64,000 bases of DNA from the NCBI RefSeq assembly GCF_009834535.1, contig NC_045697.1, forward strand, positions 113,090,001-113,154,000, in the 5' to 3' direction. Both the position numbers and the translations under genes were made by a program. Positions 27,045 through 39,586 of the stretch are shown in pieces. This DNA comes from Camelus ferus. Its lineage: Eukaryota. How positions within the stretch are numbered: position 1 is the first letter of the stretch; the number at the start of each line of letters is the position of its first letter. Below the pieces are notes generated by a model. The model was given only the letters and a program-made list of their open reading frames with translations, did not search any database and had not been told where the DNA came from.

Positions 27045-27265
27045 TGGGAAAGGCACTGATTTTAGAGCACAACAGATCTGAGTTTTAATTTGGGGTTTGC
27101 CCCTTACTAGCTGGCTGCTTGCTTTGGGTAGTCCTGGGTTTCCGCTTGATAGTTTTAATATGAAGATAAAAATACCCTTCTTACAGAATTATTGAGAGGA
27201 CTAAGTGAGATGCATAAAAAAGGGTCAGACTGTCTGACACAGAGTAAATCTTCAGTGGAAGATAA
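27045..27265 (+). mobile_element. MIR SINE
   Basis: Degenerate MIR core and 3' end (...GAGAGGACTAAGTGAGATGCAT...CTGACACAGAGTAAATC). Confidence 0.65.
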
Positions 27266-27285
27266 TTCCCTTTTTTTTTCATTTT

Positions 27286-27837
27286 TGTAACGAATCAAAA
27301 GGGCTCCTATGTCCAAGGTGCAGAAAACCTAACTCTGGCAGCTGGAGTTTGCAGCAAAGTAAGGGTTACTGTGGGGCACCAAGCAGAGAAGTGGGAGTAG
27401 AGCTTCAGATCTGCTCCCACTTGGCCTTTGAGTTGGGGGTGTTTTTAAAGGGGAAGAATGAAGAAGCTGGAGTTAATCATCATCTTGTGACATTTCTGTG
27501 ACATTTCTGTGACATTTCTTAATGGTAGTTTTAGGAATCAGGATGCCCATGGTTTACGAGTCTCCGGTCTGTCGGTCCATGACCCAGGGATCTGTGAGCT
27601 CATCTTGTCCTGAGAAACAGCCTGAGTTTGTACATTAGTGGTGGGATCCCCAGCAGCAATTTGAGCACACGAACCATGTTATCGACAATAGTCATCGTCC
27701 TCGCCTGACTCTGGCTGACGTGTGTTTAGTTAGCACAGGGTTGAGATCAGAGGGGACAAGAAAGGAAATAAAGTTTTGAATAGAGAGGTTAATCTTAAAC
27801 TTGGCAGGGAATCTCAGTTTGGGGGGACTTGGTGTCA
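27286..27837 (-). mobile_element. ERV1-type solo LTR
   Basis: TGTAA...TGTCA ends, TSD TTTT, internal (GTGACATTTCT)x3. Confidence 0.85.
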
Positions 27838-29455
27838 TTTTCAAGAATTCTAATCAGTGGCAAAGGTAGGACCAGAGTTTACATCTTCTCCTTTCTCCCT
27901 TGTCCCGAAGTTCCTCCTCTAATTTAACCTGTATGCTGTTGTTGATGAAGAAAGTTTCAAAATTTTATGAATTTGGCTAAACAAAGGCTTTTACTTATTT
28001 TAGTTTAACTCAACTTTGATTGAAAAAATTAACAAACTTAATTTTGATGGAAAAAATTAACATAGTGCCTCCAAATTTTAGACAGATTATTTCCTTTTTC
28101 TTTTTTTTTTTTATCAAAAGCTGCCTTTTAATAGCCATGAATATGATCTTTTTTTTTTGTTGACATAGATTTGATACATTTTATTTCCTAATAACCTATC
28201 CATGTGTTCTTGGATGAAATTCTATCTGATCAGTGGCATCATTCTTTTTTATGTTACTGCATTTATACTAAATATTGTATCTCTGGTTTGCATCTATGTA
28301 TCTATGTGAAATATGGACAGATTATTTTCTTTTCATGTGTATGTGTTTCAGCTGATGTTTAACTGTTTAATCCAAAATGCTTTTTAGTCTTCAGTTCTGG
28401 GGGACTTTTAGCATTTAAAAGATTGTCTAAAAGAAAGCTCGTATGTTTGGATTCATGTTTTATTATCTATGATGAAAGGTAAAGGATATTTACTATAAAA
28501 AAGGACTTTGTCTCATGTTAAATGGGAAGTGAACCCAAGGTCTTGTGCTCTTTCTACTGCTTAATAGGAGCTAGATGGCTGAAGCTGTTTCTATTATCCG
28601 TTCCCTGGTGATTTGCTGCTTTGCCAAGCTGACCCAGCCTTGTTTATCCATTTATGCAACCATCCATCGGCACAACTCATTCCCAAGCCTCTCAAATGAT
28701 CGCAATGAGCCACAAAACTCATAATCTAAAATATGTGACCTCCGTCATCCAATTGCAATTGGAAATTGTCTTGTATGTAATCTTTTTCAAGGCTGCCTAT
28801 CCAAATACATATTCAAAATCAAGCAAATAAATGTGACTATTTCAGTAAAGCAGCAACTAGTGGTATATCTCTGGAAATGTCAAAAGTTGAATCATGTGAA
28901 TATCTTCTAGCCAGAGAAAAGAAATACGTTGCTTTTGCTCCATTTTATAAAGGGGAAGCCCGAAAAAAGGATATGAAAAGAAATGATGGTGTTTCTTTCT
29001 TTCTTTCTTTCTTTTTTTTTTTTTAGTTGTTGGGCATTGGAGAATGAGAAATAAACTTTATTCAAATGGTGACCAAGAAGATAAAAAACATTCAGAGTGT
29101 GGTACAAATATGTATTCAAGTCATGAGAAAATATGAAAAGACTGTCTCTTTCTAAGAGATAACATTTTCTATTTAATTATATTTCATTAAAAAAGTTGAG
29201 ATCATTTTTGCCCTATGTTCTCTAATGTATTTTTCTACCATTCTCAAAATAAATATTACTGGAACTCTTCTGCAATGGTAACTGGGATTCTAACACATCT
29301 TTCTGTTATTTCAATAATTTTTTTTCTTTTATGTTAATTTTTCTTAGGGAGCAAGGATCTCAGCTGGGCAGCATTCACCACTGTGGATTTAATCATGGCT
29401 AGAAATGTGTGCAGCTCTGTTGAGATAAGCCAGTCAAAACTGGTTGCTGTGTCTG

Positions 29456-29982
29456 TGTTACCAAACTCAGGTTTAGCTGCTTGCTGCTCAGAAGCCAATA
29501 ATCAAGAGGCAAGTGTCAGTAGAAAGAAAAGGTGCTTTAATCAGAAAAGCTGGCAATCTGGGGAGAGGGTAGACTCATGTCCAGAGACCAATTCTGAAGA
29601 TTCTGCTGGGCCATGACAGGTTTTAAAGGAAGAAAAGGGGGCAGGGGGAGAATCTCAGTGAATCATGGAGGCAGGAGGTTGGGGTCTGCATCACTTTCAT
29701 TGTGTGCAGACTGCCTGACTCTCTCTTCAGATGTTATCTTGCTCTTGTGATCTGCCTGTAGGATTGCTAAGGGAACTACTGTGGATTGAGAGTTAAACAC
29801 TCTTTAACTGCTTAATTCTTCATTCTTCATTTTATCCAGGAAGAGAATCAGCAGGTTAGGCAAGGCATGGGGTGCATTCAGGAGAGCCTAAGTCAGGAGT
29901 TAGTTTCAATTGCTTAGTGATGTCATTCCTAGATTCTTTTAAGGTTAGAGGGGGACAGAAATGGACAACAGAGCTGCTTTCA
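29456..29982 (-). mobile_element. ERV1-type solo LTR
   Basis: TGTTA...TTTCA ends, near-TSD TCTG/TCTA, antisense ATTAAA. Confidence 0.85.
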
Positions 29983-30999
29983 TCTACACAGGAGCTGAGG
30001 CACTGCCTGAAAAAAATTTATTTAAACTATACATCCTTGCATGTTTTAGGCATATTTTGTCACACCTGCCAAAGTGATGAGATTGTCCAATGAAAGTATC
30101 TTTGCAGAAGGGCTGAGAAGCATCGCTGGTGCTTAGTCATTGAAGTTCTGAGTTAGACGGTCAGTACTTAAACCATTCTTGGACCAATCCCCGCATGCTT
30201 TATCGGTCCTATGAAGAGTGCAGGATGTAATACACAAAAGCAGGCTCTGCTTTGCATAAAAACTTCAAGCTGAACCCATGCAAAGAATTCTTTTAAATTA
30301 ATGGCAAAAATAACAATTGTTCTGTCATCTTTAAACATTTCTGGTAAAACATCAAATAGATTATTTTTTACCATTGGTTATAAATATGTTGGAAAATGAA
30401 AAGTAGTTAAACTAATGCTTCTTTACCTATTTGATACACTGTAATGTAACACATTAGAAACATGGAGAATTAACATGTTTTATTTATTTTGAAAATACTT
30501 GTCAAGAGTAGTTTGAAAAACAAAGCCTTTTACTTGTATAACTTTTGTTGTATAATGACAGGAAGTGAGTGTTCACTTTTCTATGGTTTGATAGTTTTCG
30601 TACTTCTTTCTAAATTTGCATCCACTTCAATGTTTTATCCTGGGTGCTTTCAATGTCATGAAATATCTCTGAGAGTTTCTTTAATGTGAAGTTTGTTGTT
30701 AGTGTCCCTTCCACTGGTAATTTTCCTCACCCCATCTTCCTCATTTATTGATAAGTTCACCCTGGTATGTCCCGCCGGCTACACACCTAACAGTTTCCCA
30801 ACAGTGGCAGCGTCAACATTCCCATAATTAACTATTTCTTCTTATGAATCCATTTAGGATTGATGTGAATTTCACTTCCAGCATGATCTTTTTTTTAATT
30901 TCTTTGCTGTATTTGCATCTTTATTGGCCCATTTGTTCTTTTAATTATCCATTTTTCTAAAATGTCAGGTGGGTTCATCATTGGGAGTTAAGGAAGTAA

Positions 31000-31277
31000 T
31001 GCAAACCATATGCTTTGCTCTATAGCACCAACCACAGACGCGCAATAACTAATCACCAGCAGACCTGAAAGCAGCGATGTGACGGATGGATCACTAATCA
31101 GGATGCACGTCTGTCATTTACATAGTGATCTGTGGACTGAAGAGCTGGCAGTGAAGTCTGTATTTTATGTGATTACGCAAATATAGCACAGTCATGAAAT
31201 CTGAACTGCGTTTTGGGGTTAACTATGATAACTGAAATCCATGTGTAACAGAGCCACGCAAAGAGATGATCACCTGA
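31000..31277 (+). mobile_element. Tigger13a-like DNA transposon fragment
   Basis: GTGATCTGTGGACTGAAGAGCTGGCAGTGAAG...GATAACTGAAATCCATGTG matches the recalled Tigger13a 3' end. Confidence 0.65.
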
Positions 31278-31500
31278 ACTGAGGAATCTGTTTAACACGT
31301 ATGATGCATGGGGGCCCAAGCAATACTGCTTTGGGATCCTTTTTTACAACGAGAAATGGAAAGAGGAAAAAGGAGGTTCCTCTACCCCCGTAGTTGATAG
31401 GATTTGGCATCTCATGTGCTCAAGGCAGTCTCTAGCAGAGAGAATCTCTGGGGCTAGCAAAGCAGAGTGGTTCCATGTCTGTAAATGGTTAGAACAAAAA

Positions 31501-31617
31501 GCTTCAGGAGAGCAGGAATCAGGTCAGTCTTATCCTCTGTACCCCTAGTGCCTAGCACAATGTTTTCCGTGCAGTAGGCATCACATAAATGCTTGTTGGT
31601 AGAATGCAGGAATGAAC
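31501..31617 (+). mobile_element. L2 3' end
   Basis: GTACCCCTAGTGCCTAGCACAATG...AGTAGGCATCACATAAATGCTTGTTG. Confidence 0.7.
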
Positions 31618-33766
31618 TCATCAATAAATATCAACATGGCTAAAATTTTGATGAAGAGACTGAGGCCTGACAAAATTGTGCATTTAATAAAATGACATAT
31701 CATAGATTGGAAACAACATTTTAATAAAAGCTTCAAGACAAAGATCTAAGTTAAAAATAATTGTTAAGTCGCTTCAAAGCTTCTCTGTGATTCAAGAGAG
31801 GAAGCGGTTATGCTTCGCTGAAGATTGCATATTTGGAGCTGTATTGAAGGGCTTATTTTTATCTCCTTTTCACGTTGAAGGACAGAACTCTCAGTCCCAG
31901 AAAGCTGATTGAATGTGCCTAGGCCGCGGTATCACCGTCTCTCTAGCTAAATTGGAGTTTCCCAATCTCTTTTGAGAGCTGTCAAAAGAGTAGATTACAC
32001 CCAGAAACTAGGAGGTAGGCAAAATGAGAACAAAACAGAAAACAAAGGTCGGCCAGAATGAAAGTCATTATATCTGTCTTAGAGTTCTTGCCATTTGCTT
32101 AATGTGGAGAAGTCTAACCAGTATCAGCTCCACTCTGTATTGTTTAATATTTAATTACGCTTAGTGAATTACACTCTGCACAGCAGAAGAGTCTCATTCC
32201 ATAAATACAGAGACAGGGAGACATGCCAAAGGCTGTTGCAGTCACTCCTGTGTTGTTTAAAGTGGGCAGAACAAGACAATATCATCCTTTGCAGAATGTT
32301 GCAATAGTAAGGTTGAGTTCTGTGTGGAAAAATTAAATATGATATAAGCAAAGATTGTTAGTATTGAGGAAAATATTAAATTTGATCATATGTGTTTTAA
32401 AACATCCATATTTTAGTATTATTTTATGAAAAAATGATATATTTGGCTATTGTTCAGGGTTTTATGCTTTTGTTTATTAATATCATTGAGTAGGAAACAT
32501 GTAAAATTGTTATGGTGGTGCGGTCAGTGGATTGTAACGAAGGCACAGCTTCAATCTTCCTGTTGGCAGCATGTCAATTACAGGCAAAGTGCTAAATGCT
32601 TGTTTCTGAAAATCCAAATTCTTAAAGAAAAAAAATATTATGGAAAAGTCCCTGCCAAGTTAGCATAGCACCAATTTCATTATTTACTTCCTTTGGAATT
32701 ACATTGTAGAAAGAAAAGAAAATGCATTCTTTTAAGGCCCCAACCACTATCTTTATGCAATATTTATCCTCTGAATTCACATTCCTAGGTTCTGTAACTG
32801 TCTAATAACATTTAAATGCTATTTCATAGCCTTTAAAATTCCTAGGTTTAAATGAAAACTTTTGGGAATGTAAAGATTACTATCAATAGGAAAAAAAGGG
32901 AAGATATTCTTTGGTTGTGATAAACTCATTATGTTTCCAAAAAGCATTTTTTTTTTCACATTTATACTTTGTGAAAGAATAGGGAGCACACAGAACTTCT
33001 GATTCAAGTGAACTCTCTATATTTAAAAACAAATATGTCTAGTCTTTTAGGCCAATTTTATAAAATATCATGAAATGTCTTTATCCAGAATAAAAGGTTA
33101 ATTTGAAAGTGTAAGGAGAAAATTATGTTTGTTTATGAGAAACATTGGTAGGCTTCAGAATTTAAAAAAAAATGATTAGAAAATACAGGCTGATGAATTG
33201 CTATAAATTTATAATATCCTCAATAAAATTGAAGTCTTATGCCATCCTATGTAATTTATTATATGGAGCCAAAGTGAGGTAACCAGAGGGAAACACGAGG
33301 CTACAACAGCAAAGTGTGTTGAAAACAAAGAATATTGTTCACCACGTGACTCTACAAGAATTAAGTCATTAGCCACTGCGGTCACTGACTGACAGTGCAC
33401 CCTGAAATAGATTCAGGACAAAACTCAGGACAAGGTACTCCATGCTTTGGAAAAGCCAGTCCCTTAGACAGTTAGAAATATCTTGGGAAAAAAATTAATG
33501 AGCCTAGATTCTTACATCTTCCCATATATAGAAAAGCACTAAAATCGTTAGCTGAGATGGCTGATCCTGTGACTAGCAGTAACTTGTACTGAGATGTGTT
33601 TGACTGCATGCATTCCCTAGAAAAATCATATATATACTGGCTGCTTCCCCTACCTCTTGGGAGCAGTTCCTCAGAGCTATCTCCCAGGCTATAGTCCTCA
33701 GTAAGACCCTGAATAAAACTCAACCCACAGCTCTTATGTTGTGCATTTTCTTTCAGTCGACAATTT

Positions 33767-33784
33767 TAGTGACCATGAAGAGAC
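33767..33784 (+). promoter_or_regulatory. Primer-binding site, tRNA-Arg type (degenerate)
   Basis: TAGTGACCATGAAGAGAC versus TGGCGACCACGAAGGGAC (complement of the tRNA-Arg 3' end): 14/18, with two CpG-type changes. Confidence 0.7.
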
Positions 33785-35388
33785 CCAGAGCAGATGTTTC
33801 TCCTTCACCTGAAGTCTATGCAGACCCAGAGCCTTGGTACCAGCAAGGGATCCTTGTGCCCATCCATCCCCTTGGTGAGTCCAGGTGAACTGGGGTGAGT
33901 CCCTCCTGGCCTTGCATCTCTCATTTTGGCTAATGATCTTCCTTTTCATCCAGTGGTTGTTAAACTCCTTGCTAGGAGGAGTAGGTTTTCCTTGAACTTA
34001 AGTTCAGGAAGAGGTACCTGGATTCCCCAGATGAAAGACACTGGGAGATTTTACTCAGTTGAAAGACACTGAGGAGGCTTGGACTGGGTAATTAGATAAA
34101 AGGCTGACCTGAAGTCTTTCCTCAAATTGGCTATTTTAACAGGCGTTTGTAAGACTAAAAATGAAGATACTACATGGAATCTTTCAACTCTGAAGCTAAG
34201 GGAATACAGCTCCTTCCTCAGCTTTCTCAGACACCTTTGCAGGAGTGGTGGAGGTGAGTACTCATGTCGCGTAGCAGTCTTGGAGGGAAACCCACTCATT
34301 AATTAAAAACCTGCTCATCTGAGGATGCACACATAAGGACTGGCCATCCAGTGCTCTGAGCACCCATGGCATGTTCAGACCACCAGAGGGAGAAACTGAG
34401 ACATATAAAAGCTGAAATGACTCCTGGGGGACACCCAGAGGAGGCAAGCTCACAGACAGAGCAGCAGCCCACCACACAGGTTTCAACAGTAATTTTATCC
34501 CCAGACTGACCCAGAAGTGGGAAATAAAGCCATCAAAACAGAAGAAAACAGGCACCAAACAACCTCCATCTAATACGCCAGCTGGCTTTTTGTACATACA
34601 AACTTATACTTGCCAAGTACTTACTTAATTGGAGACTAAAGAAATACCGCCCTGAAATGGCCAAGATGGGGCTCTTTTGACAAGCCAAAACTGGTTTTCG
34701 CATATGCAGTTAGAGAAAGCTGATTTGACAAAACATCTTTTCAAAATTCTGACCCTGAGGAAATGAAAGCCCCTGTTTTGTTTGTTTGTTTTGTTTTGTT
34801 TTGCATTTCTCTCCATGTGACTTTGAGATGTGTGTTCTACTAGGTCAGGGACCTTTTTACAGTGTTTTCTTGATTTCTTGGACTTTTGCATATAAATAGT
34901 TTTTCTACCATGGGCACAGTCCTAGGCAGGGTTTAAAAATCAATCCGACACTTGGGTTTATGGTTGACTACCTATGTTCAGTAATTTTGGTATACCTTGG
35001 TGAATTTATTCTCTCCAAGGCTCTGATTGGATTGTCCGTAGGAAATTTATTCTAGAAGAAAGAAGTTATAATTCTGTTTGCCACCATTGATATTACCAAA
35101 TAGACCCCCTCACTTGGCTAATCAATCATACTTGCTCTGGCCATCGCCATAAATATGAATTTTCTTTAAAAATTACTCAAGCCAATAAAAGCAGCAATCT
35201 AAATTTCAGTCAAAAAATCATAACCTCCTGCTTATTAGGCGGGGCCATCCCTCAGTTACTGGGTGGATTTATATGAGTAACATCAGGTAATGGTCACTTA
35301 AGTTTAAAGGCCCCCTTATGTTGGGAACAATTAAATCATACTAAAGGTAATCCATCTAATAACATGAGTAAATCAGACCGGGTGCCTT

Positions 35389-35607
35389 ATGAACAAGGCA
35401 GCACTATACATAAAGATAGCGACTGGCACGGAATTGGCTGGGATATACTGGACTCCACCTAATGGAAGTTTTTGGCTTAAATTCTTACTTATGACTTCAT
35501 TAATGTTACTAGCTATTTTACTTGTATTCTCCTTATTCTGTAAGATTGTTGTTTCTTGTATTACCCAATGTGTAACTAAGCCTCTGACAAAAATAATGAC
35601 TAAATGA
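35389..35607 (+). pseudogene. env remnant ORF (72 aa): SU-like WTPPNG motif fused to the TM membrane anchor and cytoplasmic tail
   Basis: ...GIYWTPPNGSFWLKFLLMTSLMLLAILLVFSLFCKIVVSCITQCVTKPLTKIM; lies ~310 nt before the PPT/3'LTR, the expected position for an env 3' end. Confidence 0.7.
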
Positions 35608-37452
35608 CCTGAAGCAATTGATCAAATATATAGTTCTGTATAAGATTAAAGTGATTGTACTCGTTCAATTCTAGATACGGGGAAAAGCAACAAAGGAAAA
35701 TTGTTTTCTGAACCACAAGAGACTAGTAAGACACGTCGTCCAGGGACGTTATGGCTGCCATTAACAGGGCCTTGTCTAGTAATAACACATTGATACGTCA
35801 ACAGTATTAACCAAATCATCACCTGAGCTAGGAATGAGCTTTCCTAGTGTCTTGGGACTAAAAGGCCATGAAATGCCTCTTAAACTCTGGTCAAATTTGT
35901 GACCAAAAGGGGGAAATTGTAAAACAGAGAATGTTGCTCACCATCCAGTTCAACAAGGATAAAATCATTAGCCATTGCAGTCAACCAAGAGTACACCCTA
36001 AAAGGAATTCAGATCGAAAACCAGGATAAGACACTCGGTGCTTTAGAAACAAACAGTCCATAACATAGTTAAAAGGTATCTCTGGAAAAGAAACATTTAA
36101 TGGACCCAGATTCTTATAGCTTCTCATACACAGAAAAGCACTAACATCATTAAAAGCGATACTTATTTCTTGTGACTAGCAGTGACCTTCTATTGAGATG
36201 CGTTTGCATGTATTCCCTAACAAAATCGTATACATACTGGCCACTTCCCCTGCCTCTTGGGAGCAGTTCCTCAGAGCTACCTGAGAGGCTGTCTCCTGGG
36301 CTATAGTCCTCAGTAAGACCCTGGAAAAAAAGCTCCATTCACAGTTCTTATGTTGTGTGTGTTTTTTCCCCACTGGACATATATCATATATATGTGACCT
36401 TCTGAGAAAGGACAGCAATATTTAACCTAACAGTGGATGAGCAAAGGTTTATGGTTGAAAAAAGCAAGAAACAGCTGTGTGTCAGAATAAGCAAACATCA
36501 GTTATAAATGATTTTATTGTCCAGAAAATAGGAAAGCCTTGTTGATTGCTCCTTCTTTTTTGTCATACACCCTGTTATTGCTTTGTTCATTGTCAGCAAT
36601 ATCATTTTTTAAAAATAAAATAAGCATGTTGAAGCCTTACAAAAAGGATTTACATCATAGTGATTTGCATTAAGCAAAACCTGCCACTTGCTAAGCGACC
36701 GTGTTTATGCCCTTTCTCACATCATCCACTTGTCATTCAGGCAAATACAATCCACTAAGTAACAGCAGGTCTCTACAAAAATGCCAGTTCTATCAAAGCC
36801 ATCAAGCTATTATTCATAAACATTTATACCATTGTCTTTTTCCCCCCAAGTTCAGTTTTTTTCTAGGCTAATAAATGCTAACAGGTAGGCATATGAAACT
36901 TGCTTCAAAGCTATTACCATTTCTAAGTGTAAGAGAACACTATTATTTGATGATTCCTTATTATTTGGGCTGCAGAATATCTGGCAAAAGCTTGAAAAGC
37001 TTAGCTGTATTTTTTTCCTTGTGATTCTGTATTCTGTTATTTCTATGCCAAGGTATAAGTTATGATTTTTAAGAGCATCAGTACAAACCAACTGTTCACA
37101 TATTTCTTGCTCAAGTCTCCTTGTCCATCTCAGGGGCAGAGGCGATCTGACTCACTAATGGTGAGAGAACTTGCCTTCTGCAGTGACTGAAAATGAATTG
37201 ACTTAATTTCATCTGCTCTGTGGCATGTTCCCCCAAAATTATAAAAAGTAATACATGCATATTGTTAATTTAAAAAAGAGAGATTCCAATAGCACAGGAG
37301 GATAAAAAGTGAAGTTAAAATGTTCTTCCCTAAGATTATTCCAAGGCTTATTCCCCAATGGAGAGTCCTTCAAGAAACTCTTCCAGGATATAGACATTTC
37401 TCTCTGTGTATGTATGATAAGTGATTTCTTCCCCTTCAAGTCTTTTAAATTG

Positions 37453-37873
37453 ATTTTCTATTGTTGCAACACATTCCCAAAGACATGGTGGATTAAAACA
37501 ATAGAAATGTATAGTTCTTGAGGTTGTAAGTCTAAAATGGACTGGCAAGGCTATGTTTCTTCTGTAAGCCTACAGGAAGCCATGCCATGACCCTTTTCCA
37601 GCTTCTACAGGCTGCCTGCATCCTTTCTAGGTGGCCCCATTTCCCTCTGACCTCTGCGTCTGTCATCATACCTCCTTCCATAGCTCTGATCCCTCTGCCT
37701 CCCTCTCACAGGATCTGATCATGACACTGGGCCCACCTGAATCACTCAGGATCATCTTCCCATTTCAATGTCCTTAACACAATCATTTCACAAGGTCCTT
37801 CTGTCCATGGAAGATCACTTTTTCATGGGCCTCAGGAATAAGACAGAGACAACTTTGGAGACCCCTTCACCAT
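37453..37873 (-). mobile_element. MaLR LTR (MLT1C/D-like)
   Basis: GGTGGATTAAAACAATAGAAATGTA...CCTTTTCCAGCTTCTACAGGCTGCCTGCATCC. Confidence 0.8.
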
Positions 37874-38149
37874 ATCTCTCAGTAAACCTTTACAGTTGTT
37901 TTCATTCAGGTCTTCTCCATTTCTGATGTTCTTTATTTCTAATTATGTTCTCTTTTTGTGGTTGTTGCTGACTATCGTTTATCCTTAGATTCTTGTCTAA
38001 CATGGGTTCACTTGGTAGCTGGGACAAAGATGACTTTCTTCAATGATAGGACTCTCTAAAGATCCTCCATTAAATGCAGCAGTGAGCTGTCTGCACTGAA
38101 GATTCCTCAAATCCAAAGAAATATTTTTTGCAAATTTCTGTCACATCTA

Positions 38150-38945
38150 TCATTCCATCTTCATATTTCTCTGCATTACTTATTTCCTCTGGCTCGAGGC
38201 TCTATTTCTCTTGCCCTTAAAATGCTATTCTTCCTTGGTTTCCCTACTTCACTAAAAGCTCCCTCTCCGTCTCTTTTTTCAATTTATCACATCCCCCTCG
38301 ACACAAGTATGTACAGTTCTTACATTTCTATTCTCCTCTAGATGTATTCATTCAATATCTCGTCATCCCCAGTCTCATGGCTTTATACCATCTATGAGCA
38401 GAAAGTCCTAAATGTCTGTATCCAGCTCCAATCCTCCCTTTCATTTCAGACTTGAAAATTCAGTTGCTTTATTGACATCTTTATATAAATGTCAAGTTGG
38501 CATTTCAAACTTATGCATCCAAGGTGACACTTTTGAATTTCTTTCCAACACTCCCACCAAAGAATCCTGCCTCCTCCTCGGTCCTCTCCATTCCAGTAGA
38601 TGCCACTGTCTTTCACCCAGCTAGTCATGGACACACACACAAACACACACATGCACACAGACTTGGGGACATACTTGATTCCTCCTCTTCTCTTACATCC
38701 TCATCCAATTCAACATCAAATACAGATAGCTCTACTTTGAAAAATACTCAGTGTTTCACTGCTTTTCATCACCTCCAGCATTGCCATTCTAGTCCACCAT
38801 TATCAACAAATTGGATCATTGGAATAGCTTCTTTTTGCTTCATTCTTACAACATCCAGAGTCTTTCCCAAACGTTTAACAGGTTATATCACTTCTCTGTT
38901 CAAAACCCACTGGCTTCTAATCTTACTCAGGCTAAAAATTCCACT
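38150..38945 (+). mobile_element. L2 ORF2/3' fragment
   Basis: Degenerate RT region (CCATCTATGAGCAGAAAGTCC, the YADD area) and ACTTGGGGACATACTTGATTCCTC. Confidence 0.75.
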
Positions 38946-39488
38946 CTTTGGTCTTGGAGTATATTTGGTATATTGACTCTAAGAGGTTGAACAGCCACCA
39001 CTTGAGATGATTACTGGTGGTAATCCCAGTGGTATTCTTGGAAAGGAATATTTTCTAGAGAGTGAAAAGAGTATTTCAAGAAGAGCCTTAGGAAGTACTT
39101 GAATGATGTCAGGCAGTAGAAATGATAGACAAATCAGGGAAGCTATTAGGAGTTTCCACTTGGGTTGTGACCAATGATGCCAAGAAGTGAAACACGGTAG
39201 GAGAAGATTTCAAATTGAACTCAGGTGTCAGTTTAGACCAAAACTCCACAGATTTGGACTTAGGCTGACAATCAAGGGAGGCTGTTTGTATGTTAAGGGG
39301 AAGCCCTGGGAACCAGAATATTCATGGCAGTTGGACCAAAGAGAACCCAAGAGAGAAGGCGAAAATCAAGGGGACATAATTGGTGCCACCTGGTTCAGAA
39401 TCTACTGATTCTCTAAGTAATGCCAACTGCTGGAAGTTCTGAGTTTCGTTTTATTTAAAAGGATTATTTCACTTCTAAAATCAACTCT

Positions 39489-39586
39489 TTTTTTTTTTTT
39501 TTAAATGGAGCTACTGAGGATTGAACCCAAGACTTGGGGCATTGTAAGCACACGCTACACCACTGAGCTATTATCCTCCCCCCGCC
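39489..39586 (-). mobile_element. tRNA-derived SINE (vic-1-like), short form
   Basis: TSD AAAA(T/A)CAACTCT at 39477-39488 and 39589-39600. Confidence 0.88.

Larger units (their letters stand above)
33317..36379 (+). mobile_element. Internally deleted class I (gamma-like, MER41/MER4-group) provirus: 5'LTR 33317-33762, internal 33763-35917, 3'LTR 35918-36379
   Basis: Two homologous direct LTRs with TG..CA ends, a PBS after the 5'LTR, PPT AAAAGGGGGAAAT at 35905-35917, a gag matrix remnant (LKWPRWGSFDKPKLVF from 34652) and env remnants at 35270-35607. Confidence 0.92.

Noticed and set aside
38497..38976. Longest ORF in the window (159 aa, Ser/Thr/His-rich)
   Set aside because: It lies in a decayed L2 with a (CA)n tract, starts at a non-ATG codon and has no recognisable domain.
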